Below, piece after piece: positions 42,033 to 50,992 of a stretch of DNA of 64,000 bases. Position 1 is the stretch's first letter, and the number at the start of each line of letters is the position of its first letter. Under the pieces are notes generated by a model. It was not told where the DNA came from and searched no databases. It saw nothing but the letters and a program-made list of their open reading frames with translations. Location: contig CBDBGH010000003.1 in the NCBI GenBank assembly GCA_965205265.1, positions 5,152,001 through 5,216,000 on the forward strand. Reading direction: 5' to 3'. The stretch is from Alphaproteobacteria bacterium (GTDB lineage: Bacteria > Pseudomonadota > Alphaproteobacteria > Bin95). A program made the position numbers and the translations under genes.

Positions 42033-43315
42033 TCAGAGAGGGGCCGCCGCTTCTTCCCTTTCAGCAGGCTCCGTCTCGCCCCGCAGATTGATGACGGCGC
42101 CGTCCACCAGCGCCGTGGACAGGTCGGTGCCCGCCGCGTCGACATACCCCAGGAGGACATCGCGGAGATCGGCCCGGTCCGCGGTTACGTCAGGCATCCG
42201 GGTTGCGATGAACTCCGAAAACCGGAAAACCGCTTCCGAAATATCGGCCCTGTCCATCTGGGCGGCCTCGAAATTGCAATCCGGCAGGGAGGCCTGACGC
42301 ATGTCCGTGTCTGTCATGACGGCCCCGGCGAAGGTCGCGCCTCCGCAGTCCCCTACCTTGATCTGCCGGAGGTCCGCGCCCCGGAACGATGACTGACGGA
42401 GGTCGCCGGCGCCGACAAGGGCCTTCACCAGTGTGGCGCGGTCGAACACCGACCCGCGCGCCTCGATGAAGGTCATGTCGGCCCGGGCAAGGTTGCAGCC
42501 GGAAAGAATGCAATCCTTGAGGGAGGCCCCCGAGAAGACGGCTTGCGAGCAGTCGGCATTCTCGAATCCGCACTTCTCGAAGCGCGCTCCCCGGCAATCC
42601 GCCAATGCCATGTTGGCCTGCCCGAAGGCGGCATTGTCCGCGTGGACCCGCATGAGACGGGCGCCCGGCAGCTTCGCTCCGCGCAGGTTGGCATCCTTCA
42701 GGATCGCCCAGGGCATATAGACCGCGACAAGGCTCGCTTCCTTCAGGGAGGCCCCGGTAAAGTCGGCCCGGTCCATGCGGGACTCGTCGAGAGTGGCATT
42801 GTCCAGTCTGGCCTCGTTCAGGCCGAGGTCCCGCATGGACGCCCTGCTCATGTTGGCGTGCCGCAGATCGCTTCGGTAGAGAGCGGCGCCCTGGAGGTCT
42901 GAATCGCGCAGGTCGGCATCCCGGAGGACCGCATCGGCCATGCGCGCGTGCCGGAGATGGGCGTCCCTGAAACTCGTGCCCCGCATCCGGGCGTCCTCAA
43001 GGATGGCCCCCGGCAGATACGCCCCACTCAGGTCGCTGCCCTCAAGGTTCGCCCTGGTGAAATCGGCGTCGGGCATCCTGGCCTTCTTCAGGCTGGCCTG
43101 CTGGATATGCGCCCCTCGAATTTGGCGCCGGTCAGGTCGGCATCGTCGAAGAGCGTTCCGACCAGGCGTGCCTGGCTGAAGTCAGCGCCGGCAAAATCAA
43201 GGCCTGAAAGATCGAGGCCGCTCAGGTCCCAACCGCGGAAATCCAGATGACGGAATTCGCGCTCGCCGAAGGCACACAGCCGCTCGATCGCCTCTCTCGT
43301 CGTCATCTTCTGCAT
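42033..43315 (-). pseudogene. Pentapeptide-repeat gene with a 1-nt frameshift
   Basis: The N-part (43315, RLCAFGEREF) and C-part join in frame if one G is added in GAGGGGC near 43113. Confidence 0.8.
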
Positions 43316-43400
43316 GATGGAACCTCCCGTCGTTTTGCTATCGGGCGAAGAAAGGGATTGGCGGCTTTATTCGCACTGCGGCTTTCGCAGTCGGTGCCGG

Positions 43401-43817
43401 TCAGCATGGAACGCTCCCTTCATCGAACATGTCGGCAAACTGGTTGAGGTAGCGCACGAGAGAGGGGCGCCGGTAGCAGTGGGCCCGGGCGTGTCGGGCC
43501 AGATCCTCGACCCTGACCCCGCAGCCGGCAAGCAGAATCGAGCATTCATGCGGATGGATGGTGGAGAGCATCCAGTCGACCGCCGCACTGTGATTGCAGT
43601 CGGGGTCCGGCGGCCGCGCCAGGGCGGCAATTATGCCGGTCCCGGTCGGGGGCGGTCCGGGCATGCCGGCGCAGTGCTTGCGCACAATACGTCCCGCGAG
43701 AGCCTCCGCATCGGGCCATGGCCCGGATTTGCAACGGGCAAAGCGGCGCGAGTGTGCGGCAAACGCTTCCTGGCTGCACAATTCCACGGGCTCAAGATGT
43801 CCGTGACGGCGTCTCAT
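43401..43817 (-). CDS. Hypothetical protein, coupled partner of the nucleotidyltransferase
   Basis: ATGA overlap with the upstream gene. Confidence 0.55.
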   Translation of the reverse strand: MRRRHGHLEPVELCSQEAFAAHSRRFARCKSGPWPDAEALAGRIVRKHCAGMPGPPPTGTGIIAALARPPDPDCNHSAAVDWMLSTIHPHECSILLAGCGVRVEDLARHARAHCYRRPSLVRYLNQFADMFDEGSVPC

Positions 43818-44563
43818 TGTCCCGGGTCCTTGAAGCCACCGTCATCTTCCGGGGCTTCCGCCGTGGACGGCGGAACGCTGAGCGCCTCGATCACGGCTTC
43901 CTTGAACGCCTCTCCGGTCCATTGGAAATAGGGCTCCACAAGGGGCCTCACCCTGTCGTTGAGCAGACGCTCGCCCGAAACATGCTGCCGGATGAGTCCT
44001 CGGACAGTCTCGATGTTCCGCGGATCGCTCTTCCCCAGGGCGGCCTGGAGGGCCGGTAAATCGAACTGTCTCGCGCAAACGATGTCGAAGAGGTCACGCG
44101 CGGCGATTTCGCCGGCCTCGTACATCCGCCGCACGATTTTCCCGTAGAGAATATCCACGTTCGAATGCAGGGCGAGGGCGGTGCCGGCCAGTCGGGTCGT
44201 ACGGCGGGGGTCGAGGTCGAAACCTCTGGGCAGAACGGTCACCTCGATGCCGTCTATCTCGGCATAGGTTCCGATTGAATCGCACCAGGTGGATTCTTCC
44301 ACACATCCCGGGATCGCCCTGATGGCCGCTTCCAGGCGTTCAAGTCCCGGCCTCCCCAGGGACTCGTAGGCACCCGGATCGCAGAACAGGTCCACGTCGA
44401 GGGAAACCCGGTGCGCCCACCGGGCCGCTAGAACCGAGCCTCCCCCGAACGACAGGTGCTCCGGTGCGATGAACTCCGAAAGCACGTTGAACATGCGCCG
44501 CGCGACCAGACCGGGACGGCCGGGGATCTCCTCTTCCCCCATGCAGTCCAAGGGTCTTTTCAC
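43814..44563 (-). CDS. AbiEii-like nucleotidyltransferase
   Basis: FGGGSVLAARWAHRVSLDVDLF and ARDLFD; GTG start with AGGAGG RBS. Confidence 0.78.
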   Translation of the reverse strand: MKRPLDCMGEEEIPGRPGLVARRMFNVLSEFIAPEHLSFGGGSVLAARWAHRVSLDVDLFCDPGAYESLGRPGLERLEAAIRAIPGCVEESTWCDSIGTYAEIDGIEVTVLPRGFDLDPRRTTRLAGTALALHSNVDILYGKIVRRMYEAGEIAARDLFDIVCARQFDLPALQAALGKSDPRNIETVRGLIRQHVSGERLLNDRVRPLVEPYFQWTGEAFKEAVIEALSVPPSTAEAPEDDGGFKDPGQ

Positions 44564-44564
44564 A

Positions 44565-46004
44565 CTACGCCCCTCCTGCGTTTTCACGGTTTGGGAGAGA
44601 ACGGTCATCCTCCGGCTCCGGCGCGGTGTCGAAAAGGGCCTGTGACGTGTCGGCCCCGGCGAACCCTGCCACATGCTCCGGTACGGCGCCGCGGAAATCC
44701 GCGAACATCATCTTGGCGCCCGCGAAATTCGATCCGCTGATGCCCCAGGCGTCGGCAACCCTTGCCCCGGCCATCCAGGCCTCGGAAAAGTCGCTTTCGT
44801 TGAGATAGGCCTCCGAGAGGTCCGCGCCGTCCAGGCGAATGCCCGGCGCCGTTACGCCGGACAGGTAGGCTTCCCGCAGCCCGGCCCGGCTCAGCGTGGC
44901 CCGGGTAAGGTTGGCATTGACGAACCCCGCCCCCTCGAAAAAGCCTCCGGCCATGTCGGCCTCGACAAGGATCGCCGCCTCCAGATCAACCCCGGGGGCC
45001 CAGACATTCAGCATGCCCGCTCTCGAGAGATCGGTCCTTCGCATGTTGGTCCGTTCCAGAACAGCCCCGTGAAGGGAGGCTTCCTTCATGACGGCAAGCG
45101 TCATTCTTGCGCCGGTGAGGTCGGCTTCGCCCAGCCGGGCTTCGGAAAGGTCGGCAGACACGAAGGAGGCCCCGCAGAAACGCCCGTGCGCCAGAGCCGC
45201 GCCGGTCATCCTGGCTCGCTCGAAATCCGCGCCGGTCGCGAGCGCGTGCTTCAGGATCGCGCGGGTCATGTCGGCATGGATGAAACGCCCCCCGGACATG
45301 CGGGCTTGGGACAGGTCCGCGCCGGTCATGGAAGCGTCCACGAAGAACGCAAAGCCGAGACTGGCCCGGTGCATGATGGCCTCGGACAGGCGGGCCCCGT
45401 CGAAGACCGTGCGATTAAGCTTGGCATCGCTCAGGACTATCCCTTCCAGATGAAGGCCCGACAGGTCGAGACCGGACAGGTCCTCGCCGCGGAAGTCCCG
45501 TTCCCCGTCCCGGTAACGGCTGTTGACGGTCTCCCGGGTCTCCCTGAGCAGGGCATCGACAAGGTTGGCTCCCTGCATGTCGCAATATGCGAGTTTGGCC
45601 CCCGGAAGACAGGTTCCGCGAAAGCGCGCCTCTGCAAAGGAGCTCATGAAGAGCATGGCCCCTCGCATGTCGGCTCCGTCAAACACAGCCCGGTCGGCCG
45701 AAACGTCGGCCAGATTCACCTCACGCATGAGGGCGTCGGTGAAGTCGGCCCCTTCGAGACCGCTCCCCTTGAAATCGGTCATGTGGAGCCGCGTGGAGCG
45801 CAAACAGGCCCCGGCAAACGAACAGCCTTTGAAGCTGGAGTGAGTGATGGATGCCCCGGAGAAGTCGGAACCCGAAAAGTCGGCATCCGTCACGCTGAGG
45901 GTGTTCAGGTCGGCGCCCCGGAAGTCGCGGTTGCGGAAATCGCGCTCCCCGTCCGCGTAGCGCCGCTTGAGTTCCTCGCGTGTCATCGGTGTCAACGAAG
46001 CCAT
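44565..46004 (-). CDS. Pentapeptide-repeat protein with two modules
   Basis: RYADGERDF and internal RYRDGERDF caps. Confidence 0.93.
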   Translation of the reverse strand: MASLTPMTREELKRRYADGERDFRNRDFRGADLNTLSVTDADFSGSDFSGASITHSSFKGCSFAGACLRSTRLHMTDFKGSGLEGADFTDALMREVNLADVSADRAVFDGADMRGAMLFMSSFAEARFRGTCLPGAKLAYCDMQGANLVDALLRETRETVNSRYRDGERDFRGEDLSGLDLSGLHLEGIVLSDAKLNRTVFDGARLSEAIMHRASLGFAFFVDASMTGADLSQARMSGGRFIHADMTRAILKHALATGADFERARMTGAALAHGRFCGASFVSADLSEARLGEADLTGARMTLAVMKEASLHGAVLERTNMRRTDLSRAGMLNVWAPGVDLEAAILVEADMAGGFFEGAGFVNANLTRATLSRAGLREAYLSGVTAPGIRLDGADLSEAYLNESDFSEAWMAGARVADAWGISGSNFAGAKMMFADFRGAVPEHVAGFAGADTSQALFDTAPEPEDDRSLPNRENAGGA

Positions 46005-46028
46005 GGCCGCGCCCCCTGTATGCGTGGA

Positions 46029-47348
46029 TCAGGCCGCTTCGGGAGCGGGGTCCGCACTGTCGGGCGGCAGGACCGCGTCCTTCAGGATGCAGTGTCCTGC
46101 CTTGAGGGCGCCGTCGAGGAACCGGGAGCGCGAGAGGTTCGCGTCGGTGAAGTCCGTCAGCAACAGCCGCGCCTCGACGAACGAGGCGTCTCTCGGTTCC
46201 GTGCCGGAGAGAATCGCGCGCTGCAGGGAGGCATAATGCAGAACGGACCCGACCATAAGCGCATCGGACAGGTCGGCGTCATCGAGATTTGCCCTTGTGA
46301 AGTCGGCCCGGTCGAGATCGCTGCCCGCGAAAGAACATCTGGTGAGGCCAGCCTTCTGAAACCGGGCTTCTTCAAGGTGTGCGCCTTGGAAGCCTGCGCC
46401 ATGCGCCGCGACGTTTTCGAACCCGGCTCTTGCGAGTTTGGCGTTCGGGAACCAGCTGTCCCGGATCCCCGCCTTCCGGAAATCGGCATCCTCAAGGTGG
46501 CTTCCATCGAAGATGGAACCGGGCATCGAGCACTCAACGAAGCATGCGCGCCCCGCGAGGACGTTGGTGAAATTGCAACGGTCCATACTGGCTCCGGTGA
46601 AATCCGCGCCCTGGAGGAACGCCCCGCAGAACTGCGCGTAATCCGCATTGCAGCCCTGGGCGTTGGCATTCGGGAGCTGGGCACCGTTCAGAACGGCGTA
46701 TTTGAGATTGGCCTTCTGGAGGTCGGATCCGCTGAGATCGGCGTCGATCATGCAGGTCCGCTGAAGCCGGGCCCCTGCAAGACGGGCATTCTTGAAATCC
46801 GCAGCGGCAAGATCCGCATCCTCGAAGCCGGCTTCTTCCAGGTTGGCCCCGGCGAAACTGGTGCCGCGGAGTCTCGATGCGGAGAAGACAATTCCGGGAA
46901 GATCGGCCCCGGAGAAATCAAGGCCCGAAAGATCGAGACCGCAGAATGCGCGTTCGCCGGCCGCATAGCGGCGCAACACTTCTCCGGCCGTATAGCGGAT
47001 TACCGCCCCGTCAAAGTCGGCGCCGGCGGTTCTCAGCCCGATCAGGCGCGCGCCGACAAGCAGGCTCTGCCGGAAATCCGCATCGGTGAAGTCGACATCC
47101 ATAAGGGAAGCATGCCGGAGATCGGCGCCTTTCAGGATGGCCCCTCTGGCTGATGCCTGGTGGATTTCCGCCTCACGAAGGCGGGCGCCGGAAAGATTTG
47201 TCCCGTTGAGCTGGACGTCATGCATCAGGGCTTCTTCGAAGCAGGCCCCGGAGAGATCGCAGTCGGAGAGGTCCTGCCCCTTGAAATTCTCGCCGGCAAA
47301 GTCCCGTGTTCCGGCCGAGTAGAGGCTCAGCAATTCTATCCGGTGCAT
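46029..47348 (-). CDS. Pentapeptide-repeat protein with two modules
   Basis: LYSAGTRDF and internal RYAAGERAF caps. Confidence 0.93.
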   Translation of the reverse strand: MHRIELLSLYSAGTRDFAGENFKGQDLSDCDLSGACFEEALMHDVQLNGTNLSGARLREAEIHQASARGAILKGADLRHASLMDVDFTDADFRQSLLVGARLIGLRTAGADFDGAVIRYTAGEVLRRYAAGERAFCGLDLSGLDFSGADLPGIVFSASRLRGTSFAGANLEEAGFEDADLAAADFKNARLAGARLQRTCMIDADLSGSDLQKANLKYAVLNGAQLPNANAQGCNADYAQFCGAFLQGADFTGASMDRCNFTNVLAGRACFVECSMPGSIFDGSHLEDADFRKAGIRDSWFPNAKLARAGFENVAAHGAGFQGAHLEEARFQKAGLTRCSFAGSDLDRADFTRANLDDADLSDALMVGSVLHYASLQRAILSGTEPRDASFVEARLLLTDFTDANLSRSRFLDGALKAGHCILKDAVLPPDSADPAPEAA

Positions 47349-47378
47349 GTTTGCATCCTTCTTTGGGTTTCCCCTCCC

Positions 47379-48296
47379 CTAGCGCGGCGAGGGTTCCGGC
47401 GGCCAGTCGTCATCGTTGCTGAGCCGGACCTGCGCCAGGTCGTTGAACTGTTTGATGTGGGGCGAAAGAGTGGCCCCGCGCAGGTCGGCGAGAGCGAAAT
47501 TCGAGCCGACGAGCGTGGCTGCGGACAGATCTGTGTCGCGGAAATCCGCACCGCCGAAATCGACGAACTTGAGATGGGCGCCCTCCAGAACGGCGTCACG
47601 CATATAGGCGTCGCGGAAGACAGCGAGACAGACCTCGGTAGTGAGGACCCCCTCATCATCCACAGGGAGCGTCCCGGGCGGCAGCGTGTAAGCTCCCTTC
47701 AGACAGGCCTCAAAAAACGTGCCGGCAGTGAAATCGCCACCCTCTATCCGCCCTGTCACTGTGCTTCGGGTGAAGTCGGCCTTCTTGGCGGAGACATGAT
47801 CCAATGCTGCCTCGGACAAGTCGGCGAAGCGCAGCGAGGCTCCCTGGAGCTTCGCATGCGAAAGCGTCGCCTCGAAGGCGGCGGCGTGGTCGAGGTTGGC
47901 CCCGCGGAGATCCGCGTCTGTGAGGTCGGCCCGCGTGAGCAGCGCCCTGTCCAATTTGGCCTCTCTGAAATCTCCGGCCGCCAGCGAGGCCCCCTCCATC
48001 CGGGAGAAGGACATGTCTGCATGATGGAATATCGCCCCCGGGGCGATCATGCCGGCCATATCGGCGTTGGTGAGATTGGCTCCGATGAAGTCGGTGTCCA
48101 CTGCTCGGATACCGCGCAGGATTGTCCGCCTCAGGCTCGTGCCGGCAAAGCTCGTCCCACTGAAGTCCAGCGCCTTGGCAAGTTCGTCGCGTTGTGCGCT
48201 GAAGTCGAGCCCCGACAGGTCCAGGCCCGAGAAGTCCCGCTCCCCGTCCGCCAGGCGCTGGATCACCTCTTCTGCCGTGAGACGCGGTTTGGACAT
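47379..48296 (-). CDS. Pentapeptide-repeat protein
   Basis: MSKPRLTAEEVIQRLADGERDF; ends PPEPSPR. Confidence 0.92.
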   Translation of the reverse strand: MSKPRLTAEEVIQRLADGERDFSGLDLSGLDFSAQRDELAKALDFSGTSFAGTSLRRTILRGIRAVDTDFIGANLTNADMAGMIAPGAIFHHADMSFSRMEGASLAAGDFREAKLDRALLTRADLTDADLRGANLDHAAAFEATLSHAKLQGASLRFADLSEAALDHVSAKKADFTRSTVTGRIEGGDFTAGTFFEACLKGAYTLPPGTLPVDDEGVLTTEVCLAVFRDAYMRDAVLEGAHLKFVDFGGADFRDTDLSAATLVGSNFALADLRGATLSPHIKQFNDLAQVRLSNDDDWPPEPSPR

Positions 48297-48454
48297 GGCG
48301 CTCCGTTCCTCCGATTGCCGTGATCTGGACAGTATTGCAGCGGTTCGTGAAAACCGGAACCTGATTGTTACGATAATCAGATTGCAATAAAAAGCGGATT
48401 GTGATATCTTGTTCCAAGCGCTGGAACAGCCCTGCAAGCGCGGAGGAAAGCCGG

Positions 48455-49678
48455 ATGCGCTTCATCCATAGCCTGAGACTGGCCGGCCTGCTCTCCTTTC
48501 CTCCGGACATGGAGCCGTTCGAACTCGAATCGCTCAATGTCCTCATCGGACCGAACGGGTCCGGCAAGTCGAACCTGATCGAGGCGTTCGAGCTTCTGCG
48601 GACCCTGCCGCAGGACCTTGCGATGACGCTTGCGGAAGGCGGCGGCGTGGACGAGTGGATATGGAAGGGGTCGCCTTCCAGCCGGACGGCGTGTGTGGAA
48701 TTGATGGTCGAGCAAATCCGGAGAAACAACGGCGGCAGCCGGTCCCCAGGCGGGGGACGGCTCCCTCTGCGGTACCGGCTTGAATTCGGGGAAGAGAACC
48801 GCCGCGTCCGCATTCTCGACGAGGCGGTTGAAGAACAGGAATTGAGTGGCGGCGATCACGAAGGCTTCTTCCACTACCGGCTTGCCGGGGACAGTTCCGG
48901 AACCAATCCGGTAATCTGCATCCGCGAGGGCGCGGTCCGGAAACGCAAGGAACTGCTGCGGTCGGAAGTCGGTCTCGGCACGTCGATTCTGGCGCAGCGG
49001 CGCGACCGGAATCTTTATCCGGAGATCACATGGCTGGGCTGGATACTGCCGCAAATCCAGACCTTCCGCGAGCGGTCGTTCGGCTGCCGTTCGGAGGCGC
49101 GCAAGCCTCAACCGACAGACCTGTCGGGAGACCGGCTTCTGCCTGATGCGAGCAATCTCGCCGCAATTGTCGACAATCTGGATAGCTGCGGGAATCGGCG
49201 GGCATTCGACGATTTGCTGAAACGCTTCTTCCCGCGCGTTGAAGGTTTGAGGACTGCGGTCATCGGCAAGACCGTCCAGCTTCAGCTCCACGAAACCGGT
49301 TTCGACGCCCCCATCCCGGCATCCCGCATGTCGGACGGCATGCTGCGGTTCATCGCGATACTGGCGGTGCTGATGTCGCCGGAGCCGCCGCCGCTGGTTT
49401 GCATCGAGGAGCCGGAACTGGGGCTGCACCCGGACGCGGCGGCGCTGCTGGGCGATGTGCTGAAGGATGCCTCCGAACGGATGCAGTTGATCGTCACCAC
49501 GCATTCAAGCGCCCTGCTGTCGGAGTTCAGCGACCGGCCGAACGCCGTCATTGCCTGCGAGCGGCCCGGCGCGGGCACGATGCTGCGCCGGCTGGACCCG
49601 GAGCGCGTCGCCCACTGGCTCGAGGACCATGCCTTGGGCGACATCTGGCGCATGGGAGCGCTGGGCGCGAACCCGTGA
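48455..49678 (+). CDS. ABC/AAA_21-type ATPase
   Basis: GPNGSGKSN, MSDGMLR, IEEPELGLHP, TTHS. Confidence 0.9.
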   Translation: MRFIHSLRLAGLLSFPPDMEPFELESLNVLIGPNGSGKSNLIEAFELLRTLPQDLAMTLAEGGGVDEWIWKGSPSSRTACVELMVEQIRRNNGGSRSPGGGRLPLRYRLEFGEENRRVRILDEAVEEQELSGGDHEGFFHYRLAGDSSGTNPVICIREGAVRKRKELLRSEVGLGTSILAQRRDRNLYPEITWLGWILPQIQTFRERSFGCRSEARKPQPTDLSGDRLLPDASNLAAIVDNLDSCGNRRAFDDLLKRFFPRVEGLRTAVIGKTVQLQLHETGFDAPIPASRMSDGMLRFIAILAVLMSPEPPPLVCIEEPELGLHPDAAALLGDVLKDASERMQLIVTTHSSALLSEFSDRPNAVIACERPGAGTMLRRLDPERVAHWLEDHALGDIWRMGALGANP

Positions 49679-49718
49679 CCGCCGAAACGATTTTCATGAT
49701 TTTCGACAGGAGGTCCTG

Positions 49719-50540
49719 ATGGCGGCTGCACCCGCCGGTTTCGCTCCCGTTGTGCGGCTCGGGCAGAACCCCGCGAGGGGGCGCGACCTGGTCGTGGGCG
49801 ACGTGCACGGGCATTTCGCGACGCTCCGCCACGCTCTCGCCGAGCTGGAGTTCGGCCCGGGCGACAGGCTGTTCTCGCTCGGCGACCTGATCGACCGCGG
49901 TCCGGACTCCCTTCAGGCACTGTCCTGGATCGATGGCAAGGAGCCCCCGGCGCGCTTCGACCTGGTCATCCGCGGCAATCACGAGCAGCTGATGCTCGAC
50001 GCGCTGGCGCCTGAAATCTCGGCGGCCTATGAGCCGCTTTGGCCGACCGACCGGGACCTCTGGTACGGCAACGGCGGCTACTGGTGGGAAGAGCGCGGCC
50101 CGGACGACCCCCGTCCGGAAGCCTGGACGGCGGCGCTCGGCGCCCTGCCCTTCGCGGCGCGCATCGAGACACCGCACGGCCCGGTGGGCCTGGTGCATGC
50201 CTGCCCCGTCCACCGGTCCTGGGAGGATCTGGAGAAGGCCCTGGCGCGATCTGGACCGGACAGCCGCCGGACCCGCATGCGGGCGCTCTGGAGCCGCATC
50301 TGGCATCGCTTCCCGCAGTCGGAGATCGGCGAGAGCGGCCGCGAATATGCCGGCCCGGTCGCCGGCGTGCGCGCCGTGGTGACCGGGCACACGCCCGTGA
50401 GCGACCCTGTCTGGCATTGGAACGTACTCGACATCGACACCGGCATCATCCGCCCGAATTTGCGCTGCCTCACCGTTACGCGCATTGACACGGAGGAAAT
50501 CGGGACATGGACCTTCGACCAGGTCGGGATAGACCGGTGA
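49719..50540 (+). CDS. Metallophosphoesterase (PphA/lambda phosphatase-like)
   Basis: GDVHG, GDLIDRG, RGNHE, GHT, IDTG. Confidence 0.9.
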   Translation: MAAAPAGFAPVVRLGQNPARGRDLVVGDVHGHFATLRHALAELEFGPGDRLFSLGDLIDRGPDSLQALSWIDGKEPPARFDLVIRGNHEQLMLDALAPEISAAYEPLWPTDRDLWYGNGGYWWEERGPDDPRPEAWTAALGALPFAARIETPHGPVGLVHACPVHRSWEDLEKALARSGPDSRRTRMRALWSRIWHRFPQSEIGESGREYAGPVAGVRAVVTGHTPVSDPVWHWNVLDIDTGIIRPNLRCLTVTRIDTEEIGTWTFDQVGIDR

Positions 50541-50992
50541 TGGCCCGGGACAGCATCTTCGATGACGGTGCCCGGCTCATTGCGGATTTCGTGACGCCGG
50601 CCGAGGAAGCGCGCATTCTCGAGCGGATCGCCGAAGCGTCATGGCTCGGCGAACTCAACCGGCGGGTGCAGCATTACGGCTTCCGCTACGACTATCGCGG
50701 CGGCTTGTCCGATACTCCGGTTCCTGCCCTGCCCCGCTGGGCCCGGGTCATGGCCGAACGCCTGCGGCCTCTTTTCGCGGGCATGCTGCCAGTGCAGTGC
50801 ATCGTCAACGAATACCGGCCGGGCCAGGGCATCGGAATGCATGCCGACCACCGGGACTTCGGTCCCGTGGTGGCGTCCCTTTCGCTTGGGGAGGACTGGC
50901 CGATGCGTTTCAGGCCGCGCCGGGGCCGCTATGTACGCGACGGCCTGCCGGGTGACGAGATCGTCACCCTGCCCAGGCGATCGGTTCTCGTT
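50540..50992 (+). pseudogene. AlkB-family 2OG-Fe(II) dioxygenase truncated by IS1634
   Basis: RRVQHYGFRYDY, VNEYRPGQGIGMHAD, SLSLG; the distal His/Arg segment is lost at the IS junction. Confidence 0.85.
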
